42,429 nucleotides of DNA from Rikenellaceae bacterium (lineage in GTDB: Bacteria; Bacteroidota; Bacteroidia; Bacteroidales; Rikenellaceae). The translations under genes and the position numbers were made by a program. A model generated the notes under the pieces. That model ran no database searches. It was not told where the DNA came from and saw only the letters and a program-made list of their open reading frames with translations. Shown here piece after piece: positions 35,290 through 42,429 of this stretch. Numbering within the stretch: the stretch's first letter is position 1; the number at the start of each line of letters is the position of its first letter. Location of the stretch: contig JAVBNK010000001.1 of assembly GCA_031551595.1 (NCBI GenBank), forward strand, positions 1 to 42,429, written 5' to 3'.

Positions 35290-36426
35290 TCAGGCGTCGC
35301 CGTCCTCCGCACCCGCCTGCTCCCGCCAACCGTCGAGGCATTTGCAGGGGCACATCGCGGCCAGGCAGGGCAGCAGCCATACCAAAGCCGCAGCCACGGC
35401 CACACCCAACAGGACGCTTACCGTCACGATCAATCCGCGGCGCGGAGCCGACGGCTCCAGCGGCACGCTCACCGGCTGCACCAGGGCGAACGTCGGGGTA
35501 TCCTCCTTGACCTTGATCGCAGCCTCTTCGCGCTGGCTGGCCAGTTCGGAATAGACCGCGAGGGCCAGCGTATATTCATTCTTCAGTTGTTCCTCGCGGG
35601 TCAGGCCCACTGCCGTGGCGATATTGCGGTTGGCGTCGCGGAATGCGGCTAACGCCCGCTGCCGTGCCTCGAATTCGGCTTTGGCTTCCCGGTAGCGCTG
35701 GTCGATGAATTCGTATTTGATCCGCGACTTCTCGATTCGGAAGTCGATCACCGTCTGTTGTAACACCTGCCGCACAGCCTCCGCCGCCTGGGCCGCCACC
35801 ACCGGATCGGGCATCTTCACCATAAGCGAAACGCCGCCTTCCTTCGGATTCACGTTCGCCGAAATGCTGCGGCGGAGCACACCGACACACCGCATATCCT
35901 CCCTGGTGAGCACCTCGATCTGCGTGGACAGGAGCGTGTCGGCCACCGCCGGCGCCGCATCCCGCCCGCCCCTGACCGCGCCCAGGATAAGGCCCGGAAG
36001 CCCTATGGTATATTTTTTCAGGGTGGCGCCGGGCGAAAACCGCCGGTAAGCGTCGCCGGTCACATACTCCCGCAGGGTCACCCGCCGGCCGGAAACCACG
36101 ACCGGGACCTGCATGAGCCGCCGTTGGAAAGGAATGCTCGCCACCACGTCGGGGTAGAACGCGGCAGGCATCACATCTTCACCCATCTGCCCCGGGGCCA
36201 GCCCCGCCATATGGGCGATCGAGCCGGACAGGCCGCCGTAACCGCCGGCGGCGCCCTGCGGCAGGATCAGGCACCCGGCCGTGTATTCTTTCGGGGTGAA
36301 AACCGCCGCCAGCACACCCGCCAGGCCCGCCGCACACGTCACCTTGAGGATAAACATGCGCCTGGCCCATAATGTTCGCAAGACCTCCACCAGGTCGAGT
36401 TCTGGATCTTTATCGTGCCCGGACAT
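35290..36426 (-). CDS. wzz: Wzz-type chain-length determinant protein
   Basis: The N-terminus is LDLVEVLRTLWARRMFILKVTCAAGLAGVLAAVFTPKEYTA. A long periplasmic coiled region and a C-terminal transmembrane helix follow. The ATG at 36426 lies 1 nt after the wza stop. Confidence 0.8.
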   Translation of the reverse strand: MSGHDKDPELDLVEVLRTLWARRMFILKVTCAAGLAGVLAAVFTPKEYTAGCLILPQGAAGGYGGLSGSIAHMAGLAPGQMGEDVMPAAFYPDVVASIPFQRRLMQVPVVVSGRRVTLREYVTGDAYRRFSPGATLKKYTIGLPGLILGAVRGGRDAAPAVADTLLSTQIEVLTREDMRCVGVLRRSISANVNPKEGGVSLMVKMPDPVVAAQAAEAVRQVLQQTVIDFRIEKSRIKYEFIDQRYREAKAEFEARQRALAAFRDANRNIATAVGLTREEQLKNEYTLALAVYSELASQREEAAIKVKEDTPTFALVQPVSVPLEPSAPRRGLIVTVSVLLGVAVAAALVWLLPCLAAMCPCKCLDGWREQAGAEDGDA

Positions 36427-36427
36427 A

Positions 36428-38713
36428 TTATTTCGCCATATTGATGATCGAATTGACAAGGGCGGCCGTCGCAGTCGTGGAATTGGTCACGCCCAGGATC
36501 TCGGCCAGCGAGGAGCGGCGACCGCGTCCGGGCTTGAGCGGCACGATGATCTCGCATCCGGGGGCGATCGACGCCCCGGCCTTGCGTACCCGCGCCACCG
36601 TGCCGTTCATATAGACCACATAGGCCTTGCGCCGGAAAGCCCGGTAGGCATAACCGCCCGATTGGTCGATGTAATGGCCGGCCCCGGCGCCCTTCTTATA
36701 AGCCACCGTATTGGGATAGATCACCCCGCCGCTCACCTTCACCGTGCCGTTATACTCCGGAATGAGCAACCGGTCACCCTCGCGCAACACCAGGTCGCAG
36801 TCCGAGCCGGGGTTGGCCAGCGCCCGGTCCAACTCGATGCCCACGGCGTAGGTCGTGGCGTGTTCGAGGTTGGCCGCGCCCACCGAATCGCGCAGGCTGC
36901 GGCGCGTCACGTCCAGCGCCGCCCGGTAACGGCGCAGTTCGTCCTCAGTCATCTGCCGGACGAGTTGCGCTCCCTGCACATAGGCATACCGGCTCAGGCC
37001 GCCCGCCCTGCCGACCAGGTCCGAGAGGCGCTCGTCCTTTTTCGAGAGTGCATAGCCGCCCGCAAAAAGCGCCTCGCCCGAGATATAGACATTCTGCTGG
37101 GCCTGGTAGCCGGGCGAGGTGCGCACATGCACCTCATCGAACGGCCGGAGCGTAAAGCCTTCCCGGCCGTCGGCCACCAACCCGTCCCGCAGGGTGAAAA
37201 AATAGTTTTCAGACCGTTGTTCCGCGGTCTGCGTACCGGCGGGGTCTTTCACACGGCGCGACACCTCGACCCTCACCGTCGAGGCCGATTCCCTGAGCCC
37301 CCCGGCCATCACCACGGCGTCCTCCAGCGTGATATTTTCCGAATAGGGAAACGTCCCCGGCATACGCACCGCGCCGTGCACCGACACCGTATAATTTTCC
37401 CTCAGGTCGAAGATCGAGGGGATATAGAGTTGGTCGCCCGCACGCAGCGCGATATCCGCAGCCTGCCCCGCGAGCAACGCCCCGAGGTCTATGGCCAGGG
37501 TTTCGCGCGTCATATCGGGTTTAAGGCGCACCAGTTGCGCACGCGCCGTGAAGGCATCGCCCGTGATGCCCTCGGCCTTGGCCAGCAGTTGCCTGACCGT
37601 CGCCGTCTGTTCCGAGATCGCATAAAGCCCCGGACGCCATACCGCCCCGCGCAGTTCCACGCTGTTCTCGAACGACCCCAGCACCTCGCCGGCCTCTATC
37701 CTGTCGCCGTCCGCCAGCAGGAACCCTCCGAACCTCTCCCGGTCCACATTATAGACCTTCTGCTCGCGGTCATCGTAGCGCAATACCCGCACGCCTTTCT
37801 TATAAGCATCGCCCGCGAAACCGCCGCTGTATTCGATCAGCTTCGAGAGCGGTTCGCCGGGCTTGAGTTCGTATTTCATCGGCCGTTTGACCCGGCCCGT
37901 CACCTCGACCAGCTGCGCATACGGCGGCACGATCACCACGTCGCCGTCCCGCAGGCGGATGTCGATGTCGCTGCGCCCCTCCAGCAGGTAAGCGTAGATA
38001 TCCACATCGGCGACCTGCTTGCCTGCCCGGAAGACTTTCACGCCGCGCATCGAGCCGATCTCGTTGATGCCCCCGGCGCTGTACAGCACGTGGAACAGCG
38101 ACGAAAGCGCCGAAACGGTGTAGGTCCCCGGCACCGACACCTCCCCCATCACGTTGACCCGGATGCTGCGGATGCGCCCCAGCGACAGTTTGATGTACGA
38201 AGCCTGGTAATCGCCGTCCAGCGACGAATAGATGCGCGAAAAAGCCCGTTCGATCTTCACGCCGGCCTCGGCCACCGTCAGCCCGCTCAGGTAGACCGGC
38301 CCGACCTGCCGCACCTGGATGTGTCCCTCGGGCGATATGTTCTGCCGCACGGTGCTCTCCGAGGCGCCCCACACGTCGATGATCACCTCGTCGCCCGGCC
38401 CCAGCACGTAATTTTCCGGCGTGGGCACATTGACCGACGGTTCGAAACTCAGGTTGCGGTTATTGAATATGCTGTGGCCGAAGATGCGCCGCGCGTCCGG
38501 CGAGGATCGTTGCACCTGCGACGTATCCGCCTTAGGGTTCTCCCCGCGCAGGCGGTCGCGGGACTGTTCCGCGGCAACGGCATCCGGCACGGCCTGCGGC
38601 AGGCTCAGCTCCGGCAACGACAACAGCCGGTTGATCTGCTCGGCCGTCTGCCCGTGCATCCCCGCACATAAAAATATCCCGATCGGTAAAAGTAGTCGTT
38701 TCTTCATCCGCAT
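36428..38713 (-). CDS. wza: polysaccharide export outer-membrane protein (Wza/BexD-like with multiple SLBB domains)
   Basis: It has a signal peptide and the Poly_export motif LGPGDEVIIDVWG. SLBB-like units repeat (GDVVIVP, GDRLLIPE), and the product is 761 aa. Confidence 0.9.
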   Translation of the reverse strand: MRMKKRLLLPIGIFLCAGMHGQTAEQINRLLSLPELSLPQAVPDAVAAEQSRDRLRGENPKADTSQVQRSSPDARRIFGHSIFNNRNLSFEPSVNVPTPENYVLGPGDEVIIDVWGASESTVRQNISPEGHIQVRQVGPVYLSGLTVAEAGVKIERAFSRIYSSLDGDYQASYIKLSLGRIRSIRVNVMGEVSVPGTYTVSALSSLFHVLYSAGGINEIGSMRGVKVFRAGKQVADVDIYAYLLEGRSDIDIRLRDGDVVIVPPYAQLVEVTGRVKRPMKYELKPGEPLSKLIEYSGGFAGDAYKKGVRVLRYDDREQKVYNVDRERFGGFLLADGDRIEAGEVLGSFENSVELRGAVWRPGLYAISEQTATVRQLLAKAEGITGDAFTARAQLVRLKPDMTRETLAIDLGALLAGQAADIALRAGDQLYIPSIFDLRENYTVSVHGAVRMPGTFPYSENITLEDAVVMAGGLRESASTVRVEVSRRVKDPAGTQTAEQRSENYFFTLRDGLVADGREGFTLRPFDEVHVRTSPGYQAQQNVYISGEALFAGGYALSKKDERLSDLVGRAGGLSRYAYVQGAQLVRQMTEDELRRYRAALDVTRRSLRDSVGAANLEHATTYAVGIELDRALANPGSDCDLVLREGDRLLIPEYNGTVKVSGGVIYPNTVAYKKGAGAGHYIDQSGGYAYRAFRRKAYVVYMNGTVARVRKAGASIAPGCEIIVPLKPGRGRRSSLAEILGVTNSTTATAALVNSIINMAK

Positions 38714-38722
38714 GATTTTTTT

Positions 38723-39898
38723 TCACATCCCGGTTTCCGGCGCCGGGCCGGCCTTTCCCCGCCGGACTACGGTCCGATGCTCGACGGCAAAGTAGAGCGT
38801 CAGCCACAACACGACATCCAGCACGAAAAGCAGGTTGATATTGAGGTAATAGGATAATACGATATTAAGCGACGCGCAAACCATCGCCACGCCGAGGATG
38901 GCGACCATGGCCGTGCGCGGGCGAAGCCCCATGGCGATGAAACGGTGATGGATATGGTTGCGGTCGGGCTTGAAAGGATGGTTGCCCTGGCGCAGCCGGA
39001 TGACGAACACCATCACCGCATCGAACACCGGCACCATCAGCAACGACATGGCCACGACCAGCGCCTCGCCCATCAGCCGGGGACCGGTATTCATGCTGAA
39101 CCGTACGGCCAGCATACCGATGATCATTCCGATGGTCAGCGACCCCGTGTCGCCCATGAACAATTTATGCCGCCCGGCCCATCCGCAGACATTGCAATAG
39201 AAGAAGGGCACCAACACGCCCAGCGAAGCGAATGCGATGATCGAATAGAGCCACCTGCCTTCGACCGCGAACAATACCCCGAAGGCGAGCACCGCGATGC
39301 CGCTCAGGCCCGACGCCAAACCGTCGATGCCGTCGATCAGGTTGACCGCATTGATGATCAGCACCACCGCCAGCACCGTGAGCGGCATCCCGACCCAGGC
39401 CGGCAGGGCATGGATACCGAAAAGCCCGTAAAGGTCGTTGAACCATATTCCGGAAAGGATCATCAGCAGCCCGCACAACACCTGGAATGCGAATTTCACC
39501 TTGTAGCGTACGGTGGTCAGGTCGTCCACAATCCCCACCAGGTAGAGGAGCACCAGCGAACATATCCACATCAGCACCCTGGGGGTCACCTCGACCGAAG
39601 CGTCCGCAACCACCGCCCTGAGCGATATGGCCAGCGCCACGGCGCAGATGGTGATCGGGGCGAACACCACCCCGCCGAGCCTCGGGACAGGCATCTGGTG
39701 GGCGTGCCGCCCGCCGGGCATATCGTAAAGGCTCTTCTTGTAAGAAACGGCCAGGACGTTGGGCATGGCGTAATACGACATCGTGCAACTCACCAGAAAC
39801 GCCAGGATCACATAAGGCAGCCATCCCGCCGGATCAAGAACATACGATCCGGCGCAAGCCACTACCATGACAAGGGTCATGATGTAAAAACTCCTCAT
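38723..39898 (-). CDS. MraY/WecA-family undecaprenyl-phosphate sugar-1-phosphate transferase (initiating enzyme)
   Basis: It has about 10-11 transmembrane segments. The motifs IVDDL, NAVNLIDGIDGLASG and FMGDTGSLTIG are present, and it is the first gene of the minus-strand operon. Confidence 0.9.
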   Translation of the reverse strand: MRSFYIMTLVMVVACAGSYVLDPAGWLPYVILAFLVSCTMSYYAMPNVLAVSYKKSLYDMPGGRHAHQMPVPRLGGVVFAPITICAVALAISLRAVVADASVEVTPRVLMWICSLVLLYLVGIVDDLTTVRYKVKFAFQVLCGLLMILSGIWFNDLYGLFGIHALPAWVGMPLTVLAVVLIINAVNLIDGIDGLASGLSGIAVLAFGVLFAVEGRWLYSIIAFASLGVLVPFFYCNVCGWAGRHKLFMGDTGSLTIGMIIGMLAVRFSMNTGPRLMGEALVVAMSLLMVPVFDAVMVFVIRLRQGNHPFKPDRNHIHHRFIAMGLRPRTAMVAILGVAMVCASLNIVLSYYLNINLLFVLDVVLWLTLYFAVEHRTVVRRGKAGPAPETGM

Positions 39899-39986
39899 AA
39901 ACTTTCAGGCAGGTTTCGGGTTAGTACTACGCTTTCGGAATATTCCTCATCAAATAAAGCGGCACACAAATTGTGTTCGAACCGCA

Positions 39987-39994
39987 CAAATATA
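39987..39994 (-). promoter_or_regulatory. candidate -7 box (TATATTTG on minus strand) for the polysaccharide operon
   Basis: It matches TAnnTTTG in an AT-rich stretch about 90 nt upstream of the wecA-like ATG. Confidence 0.4.
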
Positions 39995-40224
39995 ATAATT
40001 AAACCATTATATACTATATACAGGCTGAAATCAAAGGGTAAACAGGCGGATTCATCCCCACTTCGCCCATCCTCCGTGGAGGGTCAACGCAAACGGTTAT
40101 GCCAACACGTCCTGCCCGGTATTCCGTTTCAGCCGCATGCGCCATTGGGAATACGTTGGTTTCAGCATCGTCCGGATCTTATTTCACAGCATTATTTACC
40201 AGCCAGTTATAACACCCACTGTTA

Positions 40225-40242
40225 GTTATCTTATATGATAAC
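40225..40242. promoter_or_regulatory. inverted repeat GTTATC-N6-GATAAC (candidate XRE operator 1)
   Basis: The perfect 6-bp half-sites GTTATCttatatGATAAC are present. A related palindrome GTTATAAC lies at 40205-40212. Confidence 0.45.
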
Positions 40243-40269
40243 CATAACGCAAATATAAGAAGAATCTTT

Positions 40270-40287
40270 GTTATCAGAGATGATAAC
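40270..40287. promoter_or_regulatory. inverted repeat GTTATC-N6-GATAAC (candidate XRE operator 2)
   Basis: GTTATCagagatGATAAC lies 45 bp from operator 1. It overlaps a near-consensus -7 box (AATCTTTG, 40263-40270) and ends 11 nt before the XRE ATG. Confidence 0.45.
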
Positions 40288-40298
40288 GGAAATTTCTT

Positions 40299-40517
40299 AT
40301 GGATAAACAAACCATTTTAACACAGATCGGCCAGCGGATACGTGAAATCCGGGAATCGAAAGGAATCAGCCAGCAGGATTTAGCGGCCGGCTGCAACTTT
40401 GAGAAATCCAATATGAGCCGGATTGAAGCGGGACATTCAAACCTTACCGTCGGAACGCTGGTTAAAATCTGCCAGGTGCTTAAAATCAACCTCTCGGACG
40501 TAATAAAAGAAATATAA
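40299..40517 (+). CDS. XRE-family helix-turn-helix transcriptional regulator (72 aa)
   Basis: It contains IGQRIREIRESKGISQQDLAAGCNFEKSNMSRIEAGHSNLTVGTLVKICQVL, a classic Cro/C1 HTH. The gene is low GC. Confidence 0.85.
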   Translation: MDKQTILTQIGQRIREIRESKGISQQDLAAGCNFEKSNMSRIEAGHSNLTVGTLVKICQVLKINLSDVIKEI

Positions 40518-40537
40518 GGTGAAATACACGGAATAAA

Positions 40538-40563
40538 CTACCCCGCAGCAAGCTGCGGGGTAG
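40538..40563. terminator. hairpin after the XRE gene, a module shared with the gadB-gadC repeat mosaic
   Basis: CTACCCCGCAGC-AA-GCTGCGGGGTAG is present. The lead-in GAATAAACTACCCCGC also occurs at 11069 and, with one change, at 11212. A T-rich tail is present only on the minus strand. Confidence 0.45.
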
Positions 40564-40597
40564 TAAAAGGCAGTGATTGCCCTCGGGCAATCGCCGA

Positions 40598-40641
40598 CCG
40601 ACGCCAAACCGGGCGCCATCAAACTTGTTTGAATGGCCGGG
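40598..40641 (+). repeat. dispersed intergenic hairpin repeat, copy C
   Basis: The sequence is CCGACGCCAAACCGGGCGCCATCAAACTTGTTTGAATGGCCGGG, in the same orientation as copies A and B. Confidence 0.8.
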
Positions 40642-40668
40642 CCCCGGGATGTAAATACAAAGCCAAAT

Positions 40669-41140
40669 ATGCAGCGCGACCATAGCGCCGACACCGAACG
40701 GCTAAAACAGGCTCACGAAAACGAAGCGAACAAGCTCCGGCAGGCCGAGCAAATGGCTAAAACCAACCACCAAAAGCAAATAGAGGGCATCGGTAAATAG
40801 TATCCGGGCGTTCCGCAAATGACTGAAGTGGCCGAATATTGCAAAACCGCAGGGCTCGCCGATCATATGGGCGTGGAAATCATCAATCTACGGCCTGTCC
40901 GTTTCTCTGGCAAGTTGTATTCCCCTGAACATAAAAAGTGCTTCCCGGCCGAGCGTGCCACAGCACAAGTCGAAAAGCATTCCGACGGCTCGGGGCGTTT
41001 CAGGCTCACCATCAACGGTACAGATAGTATCCCAATGGTTCAAACAAAAATTCGACGAACTTCAGCAGAAGTTAATAAAGGCCGCCGTAGGAGCATTACG
41101 CGACTTCATTTCTGCAAATGTCCGGGATGCGTTCATATGA
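40669..41140 (+). pseudogene. degraded ORF (in-frame TAG at 40798-40800 plus a +1 frameshift near 40955-41040); origin unknown, possibly mobile-element derived
   Basis: A 43-codon ORF (MQRDHSADTERLKQ...) and track ORF 40819..41151 share a frame across a TAG. Track ORF 40955..41140 continues plausibly (SQWFKQKFDELQQKL) in another frame. Confidence 0.3.
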
Positions 41141-41380
41141 ACAAGGGATAACTTCTTCCCCTATTTCATTCACAAAGCCCCATAAGCCATCTCGCTGAGC
41201 TTCTGCAAGTCAAGATGCAAAACGCTGTAAATAAACGCAATAAAATCCTGATAATTCAACACTTATCACGATTTTAACTTCGATTCGGTGTCCTTTTTTG
41301 CATCCCGATTCCGGACACCGATTTGGACACCTCGAAGCTGCGTTTCTTTGCGTTTTTCAGCTATCCCACCAAAAACAACA

Positions 41381-41423
41381 AGCCCTGTAGATGCAGTATC
41401 TACAGGGCTTTGCTTTGATTTTC
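41381..41423. terminator. bidirectional terminator-like hairpin
   Basis: AGCCCTGTAGAT-GCAGT-ATCTACAGGGCT is followed by TTGCTTTGATTTT on the plus strand and by TGTTGTTTTTGG on the minus strand. Confidence 0.5.
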
Positions 41424-41616
41424 AGTGTCTTAGCGCGGAGAGAGGGGATTTTGTGCCTCTATGTAATCGCCTTATAACCACTAGGTATAAAGTCCGTTTC
41501 CAGATATGTTAGCGAATTTGCATCCCCGTTTTTGTGCCCTGCTGCTCAGCATTTCATATCAGAACAAAGGTAGCGATATTCTCTTAAAAAACAAGGAACG
41601 ATGAAACCAATATAAT

Positions 41617-42429
41617 TTACTTGCGGACGTAACGGACGCTCTTATAATTGTGGGTATCTTTGACAGTGCTCAGACTGGAACTACTGAACCTAAAATAACT
41701 ATCATCTTCAATCCAATATTCTCCATCACGTCCTGCTAAATAAGCATTTCCTCTATCATAAGCATGCCCTGCAGCAGGGAAAAATATAACATTATTGCCA
41801 TTTCCAAACTGATAACCATTTACGCCATTTAGGGTAGTCCATTTATTCCCCGCATAGATAAGATTTTGTATCTCTTCTCTGGTAGGTAACCGCCAGCCAT
41901 CAGGGCAAAAAGTCTTAGCTTCCTCATATGTATAAAAGATGCCATAATCGTTAGGGTTTTCCACAAATGACGCTTGCCCTTTTTCTCTACGCGAAATACC
42001 TCCAGTTAGGTTGCGCGTTGCCCATGTAACCCCGTTAATAGTTATCATCTCTTTTCGTATTTTCTTTTCTTTTTCTTCTTCTTCAGCCTTTCTGGTCGCG
42101 GCAAGTCGTTTCTCTTGTTCGAGTTTTGTTTGTTCAGCTAATATTCGTCTCTCTCCTTCAATCCTTTGTTGTTCGGCTATTTGACGAGCCTCCTCTTCCA
42201 CTCTCATTTGCTTGGCCAGAATGTTTGCTTGTTCAGTCTGTTTCTCTGCTTCTAGTCTTTGCTGTTCGGCGAGCAGTTTAGCCTCTTCCGCCAACCTTTG
42301 TTCTTCCTCATTCTTTTGCTGTTCGGCGAGCAGTTTAGCCTCTTCCGCCAACCTTTGTTCTTCCTCATTCTTTTGCTGCTCAACTATAGCCTTAGCTTCT
42401 ACGTCTTGTCTTAAGTCTTCTGCGGATTT
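41617..42429 (-). CDS. coiled-coil protein with C-terminal Fibrobacter succinogenes major paralogous (FISUMP) domain; 5' end beyond window
   Basis: The C-terminus contains INGVTWATRNL...CPDGWRLPTREEIQNL...FFPAAG...YW. The N-terminal region is Glu/Gln/Lys/Ala coiled coil. The frame is open to position 42429, because the track start at 42351 is a TTG inside the repeat. Confidence 0.75.
   Translation of the reverse strand, partial: KSAEDLRQDVEAKAIVEQQKNEEEQRLAEEAKLLAEQQKNEEEQRLAEEAKLLAEQQRLEAEKQTEQANILAKQMRVEEEARQIAEQQRIEGERRILAEQTKLEQEKRLAATRKAEEEEKEKKIRKEMITINGVTWATRNLTGGISRREKGQASFVENPNDYGIFYTYEEAKTFCPDGWRLPTREEIQNLIYAGNKWTTLNGVNGYQFGNGNNVIFFPAAGHAYDRGNAYLAGRDGEYWIEDDSYFRFSSSSLSTVKDTHNYKSVRYVRK
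42261..42374. repeat. perfect 57-bp tandem duplication inside the FISUMP gene
   Basis: 42261-42317 equals 42318-42374 (GCTGTTCGGCGAGCAGTTTAGCCTCTTCCGCCAACCTTTGTTCTTCCTCATTCTTTT). A third unit starts and then diverges. Each unit encodes the 19-aa repeat KNEEEQRLAEEAKLLAEQQ. Confidence 0.9.

Noticed and set aside
36281-38671. A 796-aa plus-strand ORF covering the wza region. Similar long opposite-strand or alternative-frame ORFs occur at 11451..12917, 6210..7295, 21933..23330, 33119..34555, 38945..40225, 19723..20802, 24325..25248 and 4984..5901.
   Set aside because: All overlap genes with clear family signatures on the opposite strand. They have low-complexity Arg/His/Pro/Gly-rich translations and are high-GC shadow ORFs.
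39899-40298. An invertible (phase-variable) promoter upstream of the polysaccharide locus, as in Bacteroides capsule loci.
   Set aside because: I found no pair of longer inverted repeats bracketing the promoter region. Only short palindromes are present (ACACAAATTGTGT, GTATTCC..GGAATAC, and the GTTATC sites), and no invertase gene is in the window.
41431-41457. GCGCGGAGAGAGGGGATTTTGTGCC, whose reverse complement (..AAATCCCCTCTCTCCGCGC) resembles the 3' end of a tRNA (T-stem plus acceptor). It could be an att site remnant.
   Set aside because: The match covers only about 17 nt. I cannot identify the parent tRNA within the window, and the fragment does not sit at the visible compositional boundary. 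It cannot be supported without the full genome.

Overview
This is a GC-rich (about 60% by eye) chromosomal segment of Bacteroidales type. An Alistipes/Rikenellaceae-like origin is inferred from BACON, DUF3575, SLBB-Wza and lipoprotein-rich content plus TAnnTTTG -7 promoter boxes.

Gene content, left to right:
- Tail of a TPR lipoprotein, two small ORFs, and tRNA-Asn(GTT).
- Divergent bioD/bioB.
- A low-GC orphan gene and a DUF1573 protein.
- An NfnA/GltD-like oxidoreductase pair split by a 287-bp structured spacer.
- An outer-membrane barrel gene broken by an in-frame TGA, then a DUF2148 protein.
- An acid-resistance module: gadB, a 730-bp repeat mosaic, gadC, and a porin.
- mutY, a thioesterase, and a small Cys-rich ORF.
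- A membrane-anchored TPR-AraC regulator, divergent from an operon encoding a DUF3575 barrel, a DUF3868-like/OmpA-like/TPR lipoprotein, and a 917-aa lipoprotein with five BACON repeats and a MACPF domain.
- A separate four-lipoprotein operon: CsgG-like, small lipoprotein, DUF4810-like, DUF799-like.
- A 13-kb minus-strand Wzx/Wzy-type polysaccharide locus: WecA-like, Wza, Wzz, five glycosyltransferases, Wzx, and an EpsG-type polymerase.
- A low-GC right end with an XRE regulator, a degraded ORF, and a partial coiled-coil protein with a Fibrobacter-paralogous domain.

The most interesting candidates are the BACON-MACPF surface lipoprotein sitting where DUF3575/DUF3868 operons normally carry fimbrial genes, and the adjacent CsgG-like/DUF4810/DUF799 lipoprotein operon. 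A family of conserved intergenic hairpin repeats is also notable: three dispersed copies plus a tandem mosaic between gadB and gadC.

All family calls rest on motif recognition by eye. No database search was run.
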